Below are positions 8,570 through 17,927 of a DNA stretch of 32,000 bases, one piece after another. Within the stretch, counting starts at the first letter, position 1. Every line of letters begins with the position of its first letter. The notes under the pieces are model-generated. The model searched no databases. It saw nothing but the letters and a program-made list of their open reading frames with translations, and was not told where the DNA came from. This stretch comes from an uncultured Opitutales bacterium (GTDB lineage: Bacteria; Verrucomicrobiota; Verrucomicrobiia; Opitutales; Intestinicryptomonadaceae): contig CAKTSY010000004.1 in assembly GCA_934613415.1 (NCBI GenBank), forward strand, positions 150,001-182,000, given 5' to 3'. The position numbers and the translations under genes were made by a program.

Positions 8570-10003
8570 TTATTTTGCCGACAAATAGTCGGCTTCAAAG
8601 GTTTTGCTGTTTATTTGGGTTGCGCCTTTTACCATAACAGAATCAACGCCTTCGGCTTTTCGCAGGCGGCAGTTTAACATATTAAAATCTTCCACATTTT
8701 CGCCGTATATTGCGGGTCTAAATTCTTTGTCGCTATAATACGAAAGCTGCACATTTTCAAAAACAACACTCTTTACATTGCGCATTAAAAAGCCGTAGGC
8801 TGGCAAGTTGCCAAACATTCTGTTTTCGGGATACTCGTTTTTGGGCGTTAAATTAACGCCCTTTTCAAGCATATTCTTTGCCGCTTCTTTGCTAGGGTTG
8901 GCTTTCATATTAAAATAGCAGTCTCTAAATGTTATGTTTTTAAGGGTATGCCCGTCGGTTGCAGTCATAGAATTTGGCAGCCAGCTTACGCTTTCGGCGG
9001 CAATGCCCGAAATTATAACGCGGTTTACATAGCTCTTTTTTTCGTCTTTATTGCGGTGCCCTACCCTTATAAACACGGGGGTTTGCACGTCTTGCATTGT
9101 CAGGTTCGAAATTGCAACGTCTTCTACAAAGCCGCCGTCTACGGCCTCTATTGCAACGCCCGCCAAGCCGCAAATATCGGCACTAATGCCGAAGCGTGAA
9201 AACTTTTTGCTCCACTTGCGCAATTTGCTGTCGCTGCATTTTTTCAATACGCAATTCGAAATTGATATATTCTTAAAGCCGCCGTGGTTTGCCGTGCCAA
9301 ATTTTATAAAATTGCAGTTCGACGAAACTACGCAATTTGTAATCGAAACATTTTCAACAATAAATTCGCGCGAATGGCTTTTTAGGCAAATTGCGTCGTC
9401 GTCGCTGTCTATAATGCAGTTCGAAATTACCACATTGCGCGAGTCTATATCTATGCCGTCGTTATTGTAGTTGCCGTGCGAAACTACCCTTACAGAATCT
9501 ATAAAAACAGTGTCGCATCTTAAAAAGTAGATATTCCAAAACGAGGCGTTTATAACGTTAACCCCCGTAAGCCTTGCATTTTTGCAACCTTCAAAAAACA
9601 GAGTTCTTATGCGCCCGGGGGCAAAGTCTTTAACCATATGCGTGTCGCCGCTACCGTCTATTGTGCCTAGGCCTATAATGCCAACATTTTCGGCGTCTTT
9701 TGCATAAATTACGGCAGGCCCGCCGTTTTCGGTTTTTATGGCTTTTAATGTTGTTTTAAAAGGCAAATTTAGCAACACATTGCTTTTTAAAATTATGGGC
9801 GTACGCGAAAAATACGTTTTTGCCTCGGCAGGGAAAATAACTTCGCCGCCGCCCGAAGCCGAACAAATGTCTATTGCGTTTTGTATCGTTTGACGGTTAT
9901 CGAATCCATTTTCGGCCGACAAACCCGTTATTACCACATTTTTTGCGGTTAAGCTTAAGGCAGCAAAGGCAAAAAATGCCGTTATAAGGTGTAATTTTCC
10001 CAT
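8570..10003 (-). CDS. Secreted glycoside hydrolase family 28 (polygalacturonase / exo-galacturonosidase-like), parallel beta-helix
   Basis: ORF track 477 aa. It has a signal peptide (MGKLHLITAFFAFAALSLTA). GH28 motifs appear in order: NNDGIDID, SDDDAICLKS, GTANHGG, VFIRVGHR (the RIK-like motif). Repetitive beta-helix turns are present (ISNC / ITNC / ISNC). Confidence 0.85.
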   Translation of the reverse strand: MGKLHLITAFFAFAALSLTAKNVVITGLSAENGFDNRQTIQNAIDICSASGGGEVIFPAEAKTYFSRTPIILKSNVLLNLPFKTTLKAIKTENGGPAVIYAKDAENVGIIGLGTIDGSGDTHMVKDFAPGRIRTLFFEGCKNARLTGVNVINASFWNIYFLRCDTVFIDSVRVVSHGNYNNDGIDIDSRNVVISNCIIDSDDDAICLKSHSREFIVENVSITNCVVSSNCNFIKFGTANHGGFKNISISNCVLKKCSDSKLRKWSKKFSRFGISADICGLAGVAIEAVDGGFVEDVAISNLTMQDVQTPVFIRVGHRNKDEKKSYVNRVIISGIAAESVSWLPNSMTATDGHTLKNITFRDCYFNMKANPSKEAAKNMLEKGVNLTPKNEYPENRMFGNLPAYGFLMRNVKSVVFENVQLSYYSDKEFRPAIYGENVEDFNMLNCRLRKAEGVDSVMVKGATQINSKTFEADYLSAK

Positions 10004-10117
10004 AATATTCAGTTTTGTTGTTAATGTTAACTATGCGCAAGTCGCATATAAAAATGGTCTTTTCAGACTAAAAAACCGCAAAAACTATGTCAACTTGCAA
10101 ATAATTTTAAAAACTTA

Positions 10118-10150
10118 TTGACAAATTGCACAAAAAATAGAGCATATAGT
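10118..10150 (+). promoter_or_regulatory. Candidate promoter of tRNA-His (consensus -35 TTGACA)
   Basis: TTGACA lies at 10118-10123. The -10 is ambiguous: AGCATA at 17-nt spacing (10141-10146) or TATAGT at 21-nt spacing (10145-10150). The tRNA starts at 10162. Confidence 0.3.
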
Positions 10151-10161
10151 GTTTTCAAAAT

Positions 10162-10238
10162 GGTGGCTGTAGCTCAGTTGGTAGAGCAGCGGATTGTGGT
10201 TCCGCTGGTCACGAGTTCGAACCTCGTTAGCCACCCCA
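10162..10238 (+). tRNA. tRNA-His (anticodon GTG) with encoded G-1 and encoded 3' CCA
   Basis: Hand-folded cloverleaf: G(-1) GTGGCTG TA GCTC AGTTGGTA GAGC A GCGGA TTGTGGT TCCGC TGGTC ACGAG TTCGAAC CTCGT TAGCCAC C CCA. The anticodon loop TTGTGGT gives GTG. The extra 5' G opposite C73 is the His identity element. Confidence 0.93.
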
Positions 10239-10244
10239 TTTTGT

Positions 10245-10277
10245 AGCCCGCATTCTCATTGAGTTTGCGGGCTTTTT
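10245..10277 (+). terminator. Rho-independent terminator after tRNA-His
   Basis: AGCCCGCA (10245-10252) pairs with TGCGGGCT (10265-10272) around a 12-nt loop, followed by TTTTT. Confidence 0.7.
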
Positions 10278-10533
10278 GTTGGCTTAAATACTGGGGTTTA
10301 GCAGATTTGCCCTCTTGAAAATCGTTTGCGATTATTTAGGCTTTATTGCTTTTATTGTTGCAAAAAACATTCCACAACGTTCGAAAAAATCAGCACGAGA
10401 CCAGTTGATGCTATATTCGCATCTGTCTATGATGCAAAGAGAAATAATTGGTATGTTATTGACAACACAAAAGACGGCATAAAGAATAAATTAATGCGCG
10501 TGGCAATGAAGAATTCACCTATAAAAAACAAAT

Positions 10534-11091
10534 ATGAAATACTTTATCTGCATTTTACTCTTTTTGACGCCATTCTTGTCTTTCGGGATAACCGATATTG
10601 AGATGAATGAGATTGTTTCTAATTTTTGTAAATCAACCGACACGCTTAAAAGACTTGATGACTACCACCCGAATGTGAAATTATCCGAAGGAGAGAAAAC
10701 ACAATTTGCATTTTTGGCGTTGAATAGACTACTAGATAATCCCCAATGGCCCGATTTAACCTATGGCTGGAAAGTATCGCGATTGGAGGGCATTATTGCG
10801 AATCTTGATTCCGATAGAATACCGTTAGAGTATGTACCCACATTATTTAAGGCGTTGCGCAGCAGAACTACAATGTTTGAGGCCGACATAGTTTTTATTG
10901 ATGCTCTTGAAAGAGTGATAGGCAATAACCCGGGATATACAATACAGTATGCAGAAAACAAGAACTTGAACAAAGAAGAACGATTAGCTTTGATAGCCAA
11001 GTGGGAAAATCTGTTCAAGCAAAACAAAGAGTACATAGCTAAAAAACGGCAATATAAAAGCAAATACTATGGGAAAAAAGTCGCCAAATAG
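10534..11091 (+). CDS. Hypothetical secreted protein (185 aa, predominantly helical, lysine-rich C-terminus)
   Basis: ORF track. N-terminal signal-like segment MKYFICILLFLTPFLSFG. I recognise no motif. It lies in a low-GC context. Confidence 0.55.
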   Translation: MKYFICILLFLTPFLSFGITDIEMNEIVSNFCKSTDTLKRLDDYHPNVKLSEGEKTQFAFLALNRLLDNPQWPDLTYGWKVSRLEGIIANLDSDRIPLEYVPTLFKALRSRTTMFEADIVFIDALERVIGNNPGYTIQYAENKNLNKEERLALIAKWENLFKQNKEYIAKKRQYKSKYYGKKVAK

Positions 11092-11134
11092 TGCTAATAT
11101 ACAACTTTAAACCATAAACTTTCTTGAACAACAG

Positions 11135-11180
11135 GCAACGCGCCCGCGCACAAAGCGGAACGCATTGCTTTAGTTTTTTT
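11135..11180 (+). terminator. Probable rho-independent terminator after the 185-aa gene
   Basis: GCAACGCG (11135-11142) pairs with CGCATTGC (11161-11168) with one mismatch. Inner pairing CCGC/GCGG is also possible. It is followed by TTTAGTTTTTTT. Confidence 0.5.
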
Positions 11181-11204
11181 ATAAAAGGTTTATAAGGCTA
11201 GGTT

Positions 11205-12653
11205 TTATTTAAACCCCATCGCTTTTGCAACGCCTTCGCCGTAGGCTGGGTCGGCTTTTGTGCAGTTTTCTATATGGCGTTTTTTTATGAAATCTGGGGC
11301 GTCGCCCATAGCGCGGGCTGTGTTTGCAAAAAGCCGAGCCTGCTGTTCGGGCGTCATCGAACGGAAACGTCTGCCTGGTTGCGAATAGTAGTCGTTGTCG
11401 TCTTCGCGAAAATTCCAAGAGTCGCCCTCGCCGTCTACTGGCGTACGCGGGCCACGATATTCTGGCTGCTCTTGCCAAGCCCCATACGAATTTGGTTCGT
11501 AGCCTGTTTTGCCGCCGTAGTTGCCGTCTACACGCATTCTGCCGTCGCGCGAATAACCTGTTATGGGGCAGCGCGCCCTGTTTACTGGAATTTGATAGTG
11601 GTTTACACCCAGCCTATAGCGTTGGGCGTCGCCATAGCCAAACAACCTTGCCTGCAACATTTTATCGGGCGAAAAGCCAATTCCGGGAACTACATTTGCG
11701 GGGTTAAACGCCGCTTGTTCTACATCTTGAAAATAGTTTTCTGGGTTTTTGTTTAGCTCCATTACCCCGACTTCCTCTAGCGGAAATTCGTCGGTATACC
11801 ACTCTTTTGTTAGGTCGAACGGGTTATACGGCATTTTTTTTGCCTGCTCTTTTGTCATTGTTTGTATACAAAGCTTCCATTTGGGGAAATCGCCCTTTTC
11901 GATATGCTCAAAAAGGTCGCGCTGGTTGCTGTCTCTGTCTTTTGCTATAACGCGCTCGGCTTCGTCGTCGGTTAAAAATTTTATAGGCTGCTGGCACACC
12001 CAATGAAACTTCACCCAAATAAGCTCGTTTTTTGCATTATACATACTAAACGTATGGCTGCCAAATCCGTTCATATTGCGGTACGAAGCGGGTATTCCGT
12101 CGTCGCTCATAGTTATTGTAATTTGGTGCAATGCCTCGGGCAAACTTGTCCAAAAATCCCAATTATTTTTTGCCGAATGCAAATTTGTTTTCGGGTCGCG
12201 CTTAACGGCATGGTTTAGGTCGGGAAAATGGTGTCCGTCGCGTATAAAAAATACGGGGGTGTTGTTGCCGACCAAATCCCAGTTGCCCTCTTGGGTGTAA
12301 AACTTTACGGCAAAGCCGCGAATGTCGCGCTCGGCATCGGCTGCCCCGCGTTCGCCGGCCACCGTCGAAAAGCGAACAAAAACATCGGTTTTTTTGCCTA
12401 TTTCGGAAAACAATTTTGCCCTGGTATATTTTGTTATGTCGTGCGTTACGGTAAAAGTTCCAAACGCACCCGAGCCTTTTGCGTGCATGCGGCGTTCGGG
12501 AATAACTTCGCGGTTAAAATTTGCCATTTTTTCTTGAAACCATACATCTTCCATCAACATTGGGCCGCGCGGGCCAGCGGTGCGAGAGTTTTGGTTGTCC
12601 GCAATAGGACGGCCGAAATTATTTGTCAGTTTGTCCTTTTTTATTTCGTTCAT
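11205..12653 (-). CDS. katA: Monofunctional heme catalase (small-subunit type)
   Basis: ORF track 482 aa. It shows very typical catalase sequence: [20 protein letters not shown] (distal His), [38 protein letters not shown], and [14 protein letters not shown] (proximal Tyr region). AAAGGA lies upstream of the ATG. Confidence 0.95.
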   Translation of the reverse strand: MNEIKKDKLTNNFGRPIADNQNSRTAGPRGPMLMEDVWFQEKMANFNREVIPERRMHAKGSGAFGTFTVTHDITKYTRAKLFSEIGKKTDVFVRFSTVAGERGAADAERDIRGFAVKFYTQEGNWDLVGNNTPVFFIRDGHHFPDLNHAVKRDPKTNLHSAKNNWDFWTSLPEALHQITITMSDDGIPASYRNMNGFGSHTFSMYNAKNELIWVKFHWVCQQPIKFLTDDEAERVIAKDRDSNQRDLFEHIEKGDFPKWKLCIQTMTKEQAKKMPYNPFDLTKEWYTDEFPLEEVGVMELNKNPENYFQDVEQAAFNPANVVPGIGFSPDKMLQARLFGYGDAQRYRLGVNHYQIPVNRARCPITGYSRDGRMRVDGNYGGKTGYEPNSYGAWQEQPEYRGPRTPVDGEGDSWNFREDDNDYYSQPGRRFRSMTPEQQARLFANTARAMGDAPDFIKKRHIENCTKADPAYGEGVAKAMGFK

Positions 12654-12836
12654 TGGTATCCTTTTTTGATAATTTGGCTAACCGAGTTTTACTTTGTTTG
12701 AAAATAACACCCTTATATGCTTATCGATAGAATACCGTTTTGGCTTTAACTTTTTTAAAAATTTAGGGCTAAAATGGTCTCTGCAAATCAACTTAAACAA
12801 AAATAACTTAAGGCATTTAGTGCATTTGTTTTTTAA

Positions 12837-12864
12837 TTGCAAATACCACCAAGAAAAATAGTAT
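12837..12864 (+). promoter_or_regulatory. Candidate sigma70-like promoter (TTGCAA-N16-TAGTAT) upstream of the 171-aa membrane protein gene
   Basis: TTGCAA lies at 12837-12842 and TAGTAT at 12859-12864, about 25 nt upstream of the ATG at 12890. The background is AT-rich. Confidence 0.3.
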
Positions 12865-12889
12865 GGGAAAAGTAAAAAATTTTTAACTT

Positions 12890-13405
12890 ATGCAGCAATG
12901 CAAAATTATACGCCCGCAAGCAAAAATGGCGGTTAGGTTTGCCGTTATTATGGCTGTTTTGTTTTCGGTTGCAGCCGCCTTGGCTAGCAAATTTTGCATA
13001 ACGTTTGTTATAGCAGCGCTTGCCATTTCGTTTTTTGCGGTGCTTGGGTTTGCATATTCCTTTAAGATTAAATTAAGTGACTCTGAACTTACAATTTACC
13101 AATATTTTATGCGCATAGCAAAAATTAGGCGTAGCGAAATTTGCAACATATACTTTGCCGTTTGGGCAAAAAACGGACAAGGCTCGGCATTGGTTATTGA
13201 AACAAAGAATAAAACCTTTACATTTCCAGTTAGACTTTACGGCAAAGAAAATGTAGACAACCTAATAACCGAGATAAAAAGCAAAATCATAATTCAACCT
13301 ACTCTGCAAAAAAGCCGCAAAAACGAAAGCTTTGTTAACCCTACAAAATTTTTGCTGGTTATTGCTACAATTATAATTTTGATTAGAATTTTCACAAAAA
13401 GCTAA
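12890..13405 (+). CDS. Hypothetical membrane protein (two N-terminal TM helices, small soluble domain, C-terminal TM)
   Basis: ORF track 171 aa. Hydrophobic segments are VRFAVIMAVLFSVAAALA, FVIAALAISFFAVLGFAY and FLLVIATIIILIRIF. The true start could be the internal ATG at 12926 (MAVRF...). I recognise no family. Confidence 0.55.
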   Translation: MQQCKIIRPQAKMAVRFAVIMAVLFSVAAALASKFCITFVIAALAISFFAVLGFAYSFKIKLSDSELTIYQYFMRIAKIRRSEICNIYFAVWAKNGQGSALVIETKNKTFTFPVRLYGKENVDNLITEIKSKIIIQPTLQKSRKNESFVNPTKFLLVIATIIILIRIFTKS

Positions 13406-13421
13406 ACTACAACAAAAGATT

Positions 13422-13808
13422 ATGAAAACTACATCATTTATGTTCCTAAAAAAATCTATTGTTTTAGCACTTTTGCTGATGTACAACTTTGCGCTTGGCT
13501 ACGAAAACAACGCAAAAATTGAATATAAAGTTGTATACGCAAAAGAAATTGCCAACTTTTTTGAGAACGCCCCAAAAAATATTTCGCTTAACGAGTTATA
13601 TGTAATCGGCTACATTTCGCAAGACACCCCCGTTAAACACGATATTTCCTGCACCGCCTATTTTTACAACAAAGACAAAAAGGGATTAAAAAGAATTGCC
13701 AACCTAGGCTTTATTGGAAACGGCAAATTTTTTATATTGCAACTAGGCAGCGACGAGATTTACGACAAAGATTTAGTATACGAACTTAAAGTAGATTTTC
13801 GCAAATAG
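13422..13808 (+). CDS. Hypothetical small secreted protein (128 aa)
   Basis: ORF track. It has a signal-like N-terminus (MKTTSFMFLKKSIVLALLLMYNFALG) and lies 16 nt after the preceding gene. I recognise no motif. Confidence 0.55.
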   Translation: MKTTSFMFLKKSIVLALLLMYNFALGYENNAKIEYKVVYAKEIANFFENAPKNISLNELYVIGYISQDTPVKHDISCTAYFYNKDKKGLKRIANLGFIGNGKFFILQLGSDEIYDKDLVYELKVDFRK

Positions 13809-13867
13809 TGCACCGCCAGCTGCAAAAACGGTTTCCATAAACGACATTTACGCCGCAAATGCCGCAC

Positions 13868-14527
13868 TTACTTAATCAACAAGTGCGCAAAAAACGAATC
13901 AACAGAACCCTTTTTTGTTTTTACCTTAAACTGCAATATTTCGTGCTTGGTGGTTTTTGTGCTTTTGGGGCAAACGCTTACTTCGTACCTATTTTGCCTG
14001 TCTTTGCTTTTATTGTATTTTACAACAAAAGATTCGTCTTTGCACGAAATAGATTCAACACAGTCAACATATTTTGGGTCTATATCAAAAAATATGTTTT
14101 CGGTTTTTTGTTCTCCGTTTATAGGCCAAAACAAAAGAGTTTGCGAAATTTTTACAATCTCAACAATTTTTAAATTAATTTTCAATTTGGTAAAACCATA
14201 TTCGCCGCCTAGCATTGTATCTACCATAATTGCCTGATACAATTCTCCGCTTTTGCCACTTAAATCTACATAGCCTTTTATAACGCCGTTTTCTTTTGCT
14301 TTATATTGCCCTTTGCGTGGCTCATCAAGTTTTATACAGACACACGTTGGGCACACGTCGTCTATAATAACGCCATCTTTACCCACCGAAAACGGAAACT
14401 TGAATTCGTAAGTGCCTTTAAGCGGCGAAACTGTGTCGTTAATAACTGTTTTTTCAAAACAAATCTGGGCGGTGGCACTTTCGCACAACACAAAGGCAAG
14501 TGCCAATAAACATAATATACTTTTCAT
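13868..14527 (-). CDS. Secreted protein, two Ig-like/DUF1573-like repeats (tentative)
   Basis: ORF track 219 aa. It has a signal peptide (MKSILCLLALAFVLCESATAQ). The segment YEFKFPFSVGKDGVIIDDVCPTCVCIK ... GVIKGYVDLSGKSG resembles the DUF1573 pattern (F.F.N.G..PL.I..V..SCGC ... G.I.V.F). It is the last gene of a 387-309-219 aa operon-like string, with a 2-nt gap from the gene upstream. Confidence 0.6.
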   Translation of the reverse strand: MKSILCLLALAFVLCESATAQICFEKTVINDTVSPLKGTYEFKFPFSVGKDGVIIDDVCPTCVCIKLDEPRKGQYKAKENGVIKGYVDLSGKSGELYQAIMVDTMLGGEYGFTKLKINLKIVEIVKISQTLLFWPINGEQKTENIFFDIDPKYVDCVESISCKDESFVVKYNKSKDRQNRYEVSVCPKSTKTTKHEILQFKVKTKKGSVDSFFAHLLIK

Positions 14528-14529
14528 TT

Positions 14530-15459
14530 CTACTTTTTTAAAAATTTCTTATTTATTGGGGAAAATTTATTCATTTCTATATTGTATCGCGAAACATCGT
14601 CGGGATTTTTAAACAGCTCGTCCAAAAACTCGTCGCTCGGCAAACTGTCTACCGCAATATATCTTCTGACAACACCGTTTCTGTTGTCGTAAACTTCTTT
14701 ATAACCAAAGCCTTTGGGCTCGGTTTCTAAGGCAAACGAATTGTCGTTTTCTATCTTTATTTGCAATGTTTGAATGCCAAACAATCTATTGTCGCTATAC
14801 GATGTATGAACAAGCACCCATTCATTGTCGCAAACTTTTTTAAACGAAATTGTTCTAGACAAATTGCCGTTCTTATGCCTTTGCTGATACTCGGCTATTT
14901 CCTTTGTCTTTAGGTTAATCTTTGCAATGTTGTCGTATTTGTCTTGCCAATTTACAACAATTTCATCATTTGTGCACGCTATTTTTAAATTCGGCAAAAA
15001 CTTTATGTTTTCTAGCTTTGCCAAAATGTCAAAAAACATATTTTTATGCCAGTGCACATTATAAAGGTCTTCGGCATCAATGTCGGATACCTCTATAAAT
15101 GGATCGGATACCGAATCTATGCAAACCACAGTGTTGCCTTTTGCATACATATCTCTGGTATTCTTTAATCCGTCGGGATAAGTGTAGAATTCTCGGGCTT
15201 TAATAACTTTGCCGTTGTCGTATAATATAGACTCGTAAACAACCCCGTTTTTTATGTCGGGATATTCTTTTTTTAGAAGTTCAAAGTGTTCCGGAGGAAT
15301 ATCCACTTTCTTTTTTATAGACAACACTTTGCCAATAAACGGATTTTTTATGCCTTCTAAAGCAAGAGCGTCTGCATAAACACAGTCTAGAAATATGCAC
15401 GACAATATTAGCAAAATTAGTTTTTTCAGATATGATTGCATGCTATTCTTTGTCTTCAT
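14530..15459 (-). CDS. Hypothetical secreted protein or lipoprotein (309 aa)
   Basis: ORF track. It has a signal sequence with a possible lipobox (LILLILSC) or an SPase I site (VYA/DA). It is beta-rich with no catalytic motif that I recognise. Confidence 0.6.
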   Translation of the reverse strand: MKTKNSMQSYLKKLILLILSCIFLDCVYADALALEGIKNPFIGKVLSIKKKVDIPPEHFELLKKEYPDIKNGVVYESILYDNGKVIKAREFYTYPDGLKNTRDMYAKGNTVVCIDSVSDPFIEVSDIDAEDLYNVHWHKNMFFDILAKLENIKFLPNLKIACTNDEIVVNWQDKYDNIAKINLKTKEIAEYQQRHKNGNLSRTISFKKVCDNEWVLVHTSYSDNRLFGIQTLQIKIENDNSFALETEPKGFGYKEVYDNRNGVVRRYIAVDSLPSDEFLDELFKNPDDVSRYNIEMNKFSPINKKFLKK

Positions 15460-15481
15460 TTTTTGCAGTTGCGACTATTTT

Positions 15482-16645
15482 TTACTTTATTATTGTTTTT
15501 ACTTGTCTACCTTCTGGGTCGTAAATTTTTTGGATAACGCCCGTTTTTTTATCGTCTTTATATATAATATGCTTTCTTGGCATACTAAAAAGCGATGGGT
15601 TACCGTATATATAATGAGTTTCCACTGAATGGCTACCGGCATATACGCGATTTATGCCGCGTTTATCCATATAAACATGCTTGTATTCCCCCCATGGGAA
15701 TTTGCGCACAACTGTTTTTTTGCCGTTCGGTTCCGACTGGCTTGAATAGCTGCTAATCCAATCTTTTTCTATCTTTCCAGTTTGTGTATTCCACTCGATA
15801 TACCTGTTTTTTGCCCAGGCAAGTTTTGATTTTTCCGAATCAAAACTATATTCGTATACATGTCTTTTGCCGTTTGCGGAAACTAGCGTAGGCAATTCAA
15901 TAGTTAGCAGTTTTCCGTTAAAATAACATTTTAATTTTTCAACCTTAACTAATACAGTAAGCGCGCTTGCTTTATTTGCCGAGTTTTCGGCATCGTTAAA
16001 TTTTTTGTCGTCGTATATTTTGCGCAGTGTAAAAACTTCGGCCGCCATTTCGTCTCTTATAGATAGCCCCATAGAAGTCCTATACACTTGAAACCTTCGC
16101 AATTTACCGTCTTCGCGCGTAAAAATCTTATTTAAAAAACCGTCTTTAAAAACCAGCGAAACACCTTCTGCCCTTGTGTCGGTTGCGACTATTGTAACAA
16201 GGCCATCTTTGCCTTCTTTAAGGCATACAGAGCCATCGCTAGCCCAATAACAGCCCGTTGAAATGTCTTTTTTAAAGTTAACTATATTCAAGTCTAAAGA
16301 AACCCAACGGTAATTATAGGAATTCACTTTTTGAAGGTACGAATCGTACAGCGATATACCCCAAAACGATTCCACAAAAAAACTTTTTCTATCCTCAAAG
16401 TTTGTGGCAAAAACCATTCTTATTGGAATGCTAATCTGCGATTTTTTAGGGTCGTAGTTTTTCCTTAGGCACAACTCTTCTAGCAACTTTGTATATAACA
16501 CATAACCGTCTAAATCGGCATAACCTACGGCGTGGGTCGGAACTCCATAGTCTAAAGTGTTGTATATGGCAGCTTGCAATAAAGTTGAGGCAAACAACAT
16601 CTTTATACCAAAAACCAACTTTATTACTGACGCAATACATTTCAT
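15482..16645 (-). CDS. Hypothetical secreted protein (387 aa)
   Basis: ORF track. It has a signal-like N-terminus (MKCIASVIKLVFGIKMLFASTLLQAA). It is beta-rich, and the C-terminal IYDPEGRQV is YD-repeat-like but occurs only once. It is preceded by a 316-bp AT-rich spacer. Confidence 0.6.
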   Translation of the reverse strand: MKCIASVIKLVFGIKMLFASTLLQAAIYNTLDYGVPTHAVGYADLDGYVLYTKLLEELCLRKNYDPKKSQISIPIRMVFATNFEDRKSFFVESFWGISLYDSYLQKVNSYNYRWVSLDLNIVNFKKDISTGCYWASDGSVCLKEGKDGLVTIVATDTRAEGVSLVFKDGFLNKIFTREDGKLRRFQVYRTSMGLSIRDEMAAEVFTLRKIYDDKKFNDAENSANKASALTVLVKVEKLKCYFNGKLLTIELPTLVSANGKRHVYEYSFDSEKSKLAWAKNRYIEWNTQTGKIEKDWISSYSSQSEPNGKKTVVRKFPWGEYKHVYMDKRGINRVYAGSHSVETHYIYGNPSLFSMPRKHIIYKDDKKTGVIQKIYDPEGRQVKTIIK

Positions 16646-16961
16646 ATTGTGAGACTTGTTATATTGTATAATTTTAATTTCTAAAACTTTTTATTAGCCA
16701 AATCATTAAAACTTTAGCAAATAAAAATAGAAATATTTTGTTTATCCATTCTATATGTATATCATCTATTTCTTTAATATACAAATTAACTTATTTTAGA
16801 ATGTCAACAATATTTTTATATTATATCATTAAAACAATAATATAATAATTTAGGCATCAAAACACTACTATTATAAATATATTAGCGCACATTACATATG
16901 CGCATTTTAATCAGAAAAAGCACGACTTTTAGATTTATACAAATAAAGTCTCCAGCAGAAT

Positions 16962-17903
16962 CTAGTTTAAGACTTCGTTTAAGTGCATAGTTTTGCCGGT
17001 ATTGTCGTTGTGTATCACGCTGTCTTTTGGGATTTCTATAATTCTGTCGATTTTTTTGCCAACTTTTACATTGTTTACGCGAACGCTGTCTTTGCGCTGC
17101 AGCCTTTTGCCGAGCTGGTATTGCTTGTCGCCGTCCAACAATGTTCCCGCAATGGTGTAATATTCAACATCTATGCTAAAGGGCAAAACGGCATTGCAAT
17201 TTTCAATTTGTCTATAATCTTTAAAACAAACTTTTACCGTTAAATTTTTATCGTCGGCTTTGTTGTCTTCAAATATTTTTATTTCCTTAACAAAAAAATT
17301 GTTATTGTTTTTTGCTATGTCTATTTGGCAAAAATTTTTGCCTGCAACAAACGAAAGCGTTATTGTATTTCCTTGCATTTTAAGCGAAGCACTTTTGTCT
17401 GTTAAGAAATCTTTGTAAAATCCCCAAAACTTTGGGATATTTATCTCCTGCGGGATTTTTGCGATATAGTCTGTATAGCTAGGAACAGTGTAATTAGGCA
17501 TTTCGCTTGATATGCGCCCAATTTTGTCTGCTATGCTATATGTAAAATATTCTTTGCCATTATAGGCGGTTAAACGCCAATCGTTTTTATTGTCTGGGGT
17601 TGCTTCGCGCAAAGAATAGCCGCCGCGTTTATTTAAAAGCAAATTGCACGCCAATTTTTCTTTTATGTAATATATGTCTTTTTTGGGTGCTTTTGTTAAC
17701 GAACTCAAATATCTTGCATATTCCTCGGAATCTACATCTATAACATAATCTATTTCAAAATCTGCAAAGCGCAACGCCTCTTGCGAGAGCATGGAATTTG
17801 CATGGGATACAAGCGTTTCTTTGTCGTTGATATTTGCAGAAAATGCCTTGCAACAAAAAACTGTTGCACACAAAAACAATAATATGACTTTTGCTATTTT
17901 CAT
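16962..17903 (-). CDS. Hypothetical secreted protein (313 aa), possibly LolA-like fold
   Basis: ORF track. It has a signal peptide (MKIAKVILLFLCATVFCCKAFSA). The AYNGKEYFTYS segment is reminiscent of the LolA-type DGK..w.Y.P motif. This is a weak, by-eye assignment. Confidence 0.6.
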   Translation of the reverse strand: MKIAKVILLFLCATVFCCKAFSANINDKETLVSHANSMLSQEALRFADFEIDYVIDVDSEEYARYLSSLTKAPKKDIYYIKEKLACNLLLNKRGGYSLREATPDNKNDWRLTAYNGKEYFTYSIADKIGRISSEMPNYTVPSYTDYIAKIPQEINIPKFWGFYKDFLTDKSASLKMQGNTITLSFVAGKNFCQIDIAKNNNNFFVKEIKIFEDNKADDKNLTVKVCFKDYRQIENCNAVLPFSIDVEYYTIAGTLLDGDKQYQLGKRLQRKDSVRVNNVKVGKKIDRIIEIPKDSVIHNDNTGKTMHLNEVLN

Positions 17904-17927
17904 AACTTTATATTCCCTAACCCCTTG

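Noticed and set aside
10326-10601. 91-aa ORF (TTG start) just after tRNA-His, overlapping the 185-aa gene by 68 nt.
   Set aside because: It has no ATG until codon ~57 and no RBS, and it overlaps a better gene with a signal peptide. The middle part (PVDAIFASVYDAKRNNWYVIDNTKDGIKNKL) looks vaguely protein-like, so a gene remnant at a tRNA-proximal junction cannot be excluded, but I cannot support it.
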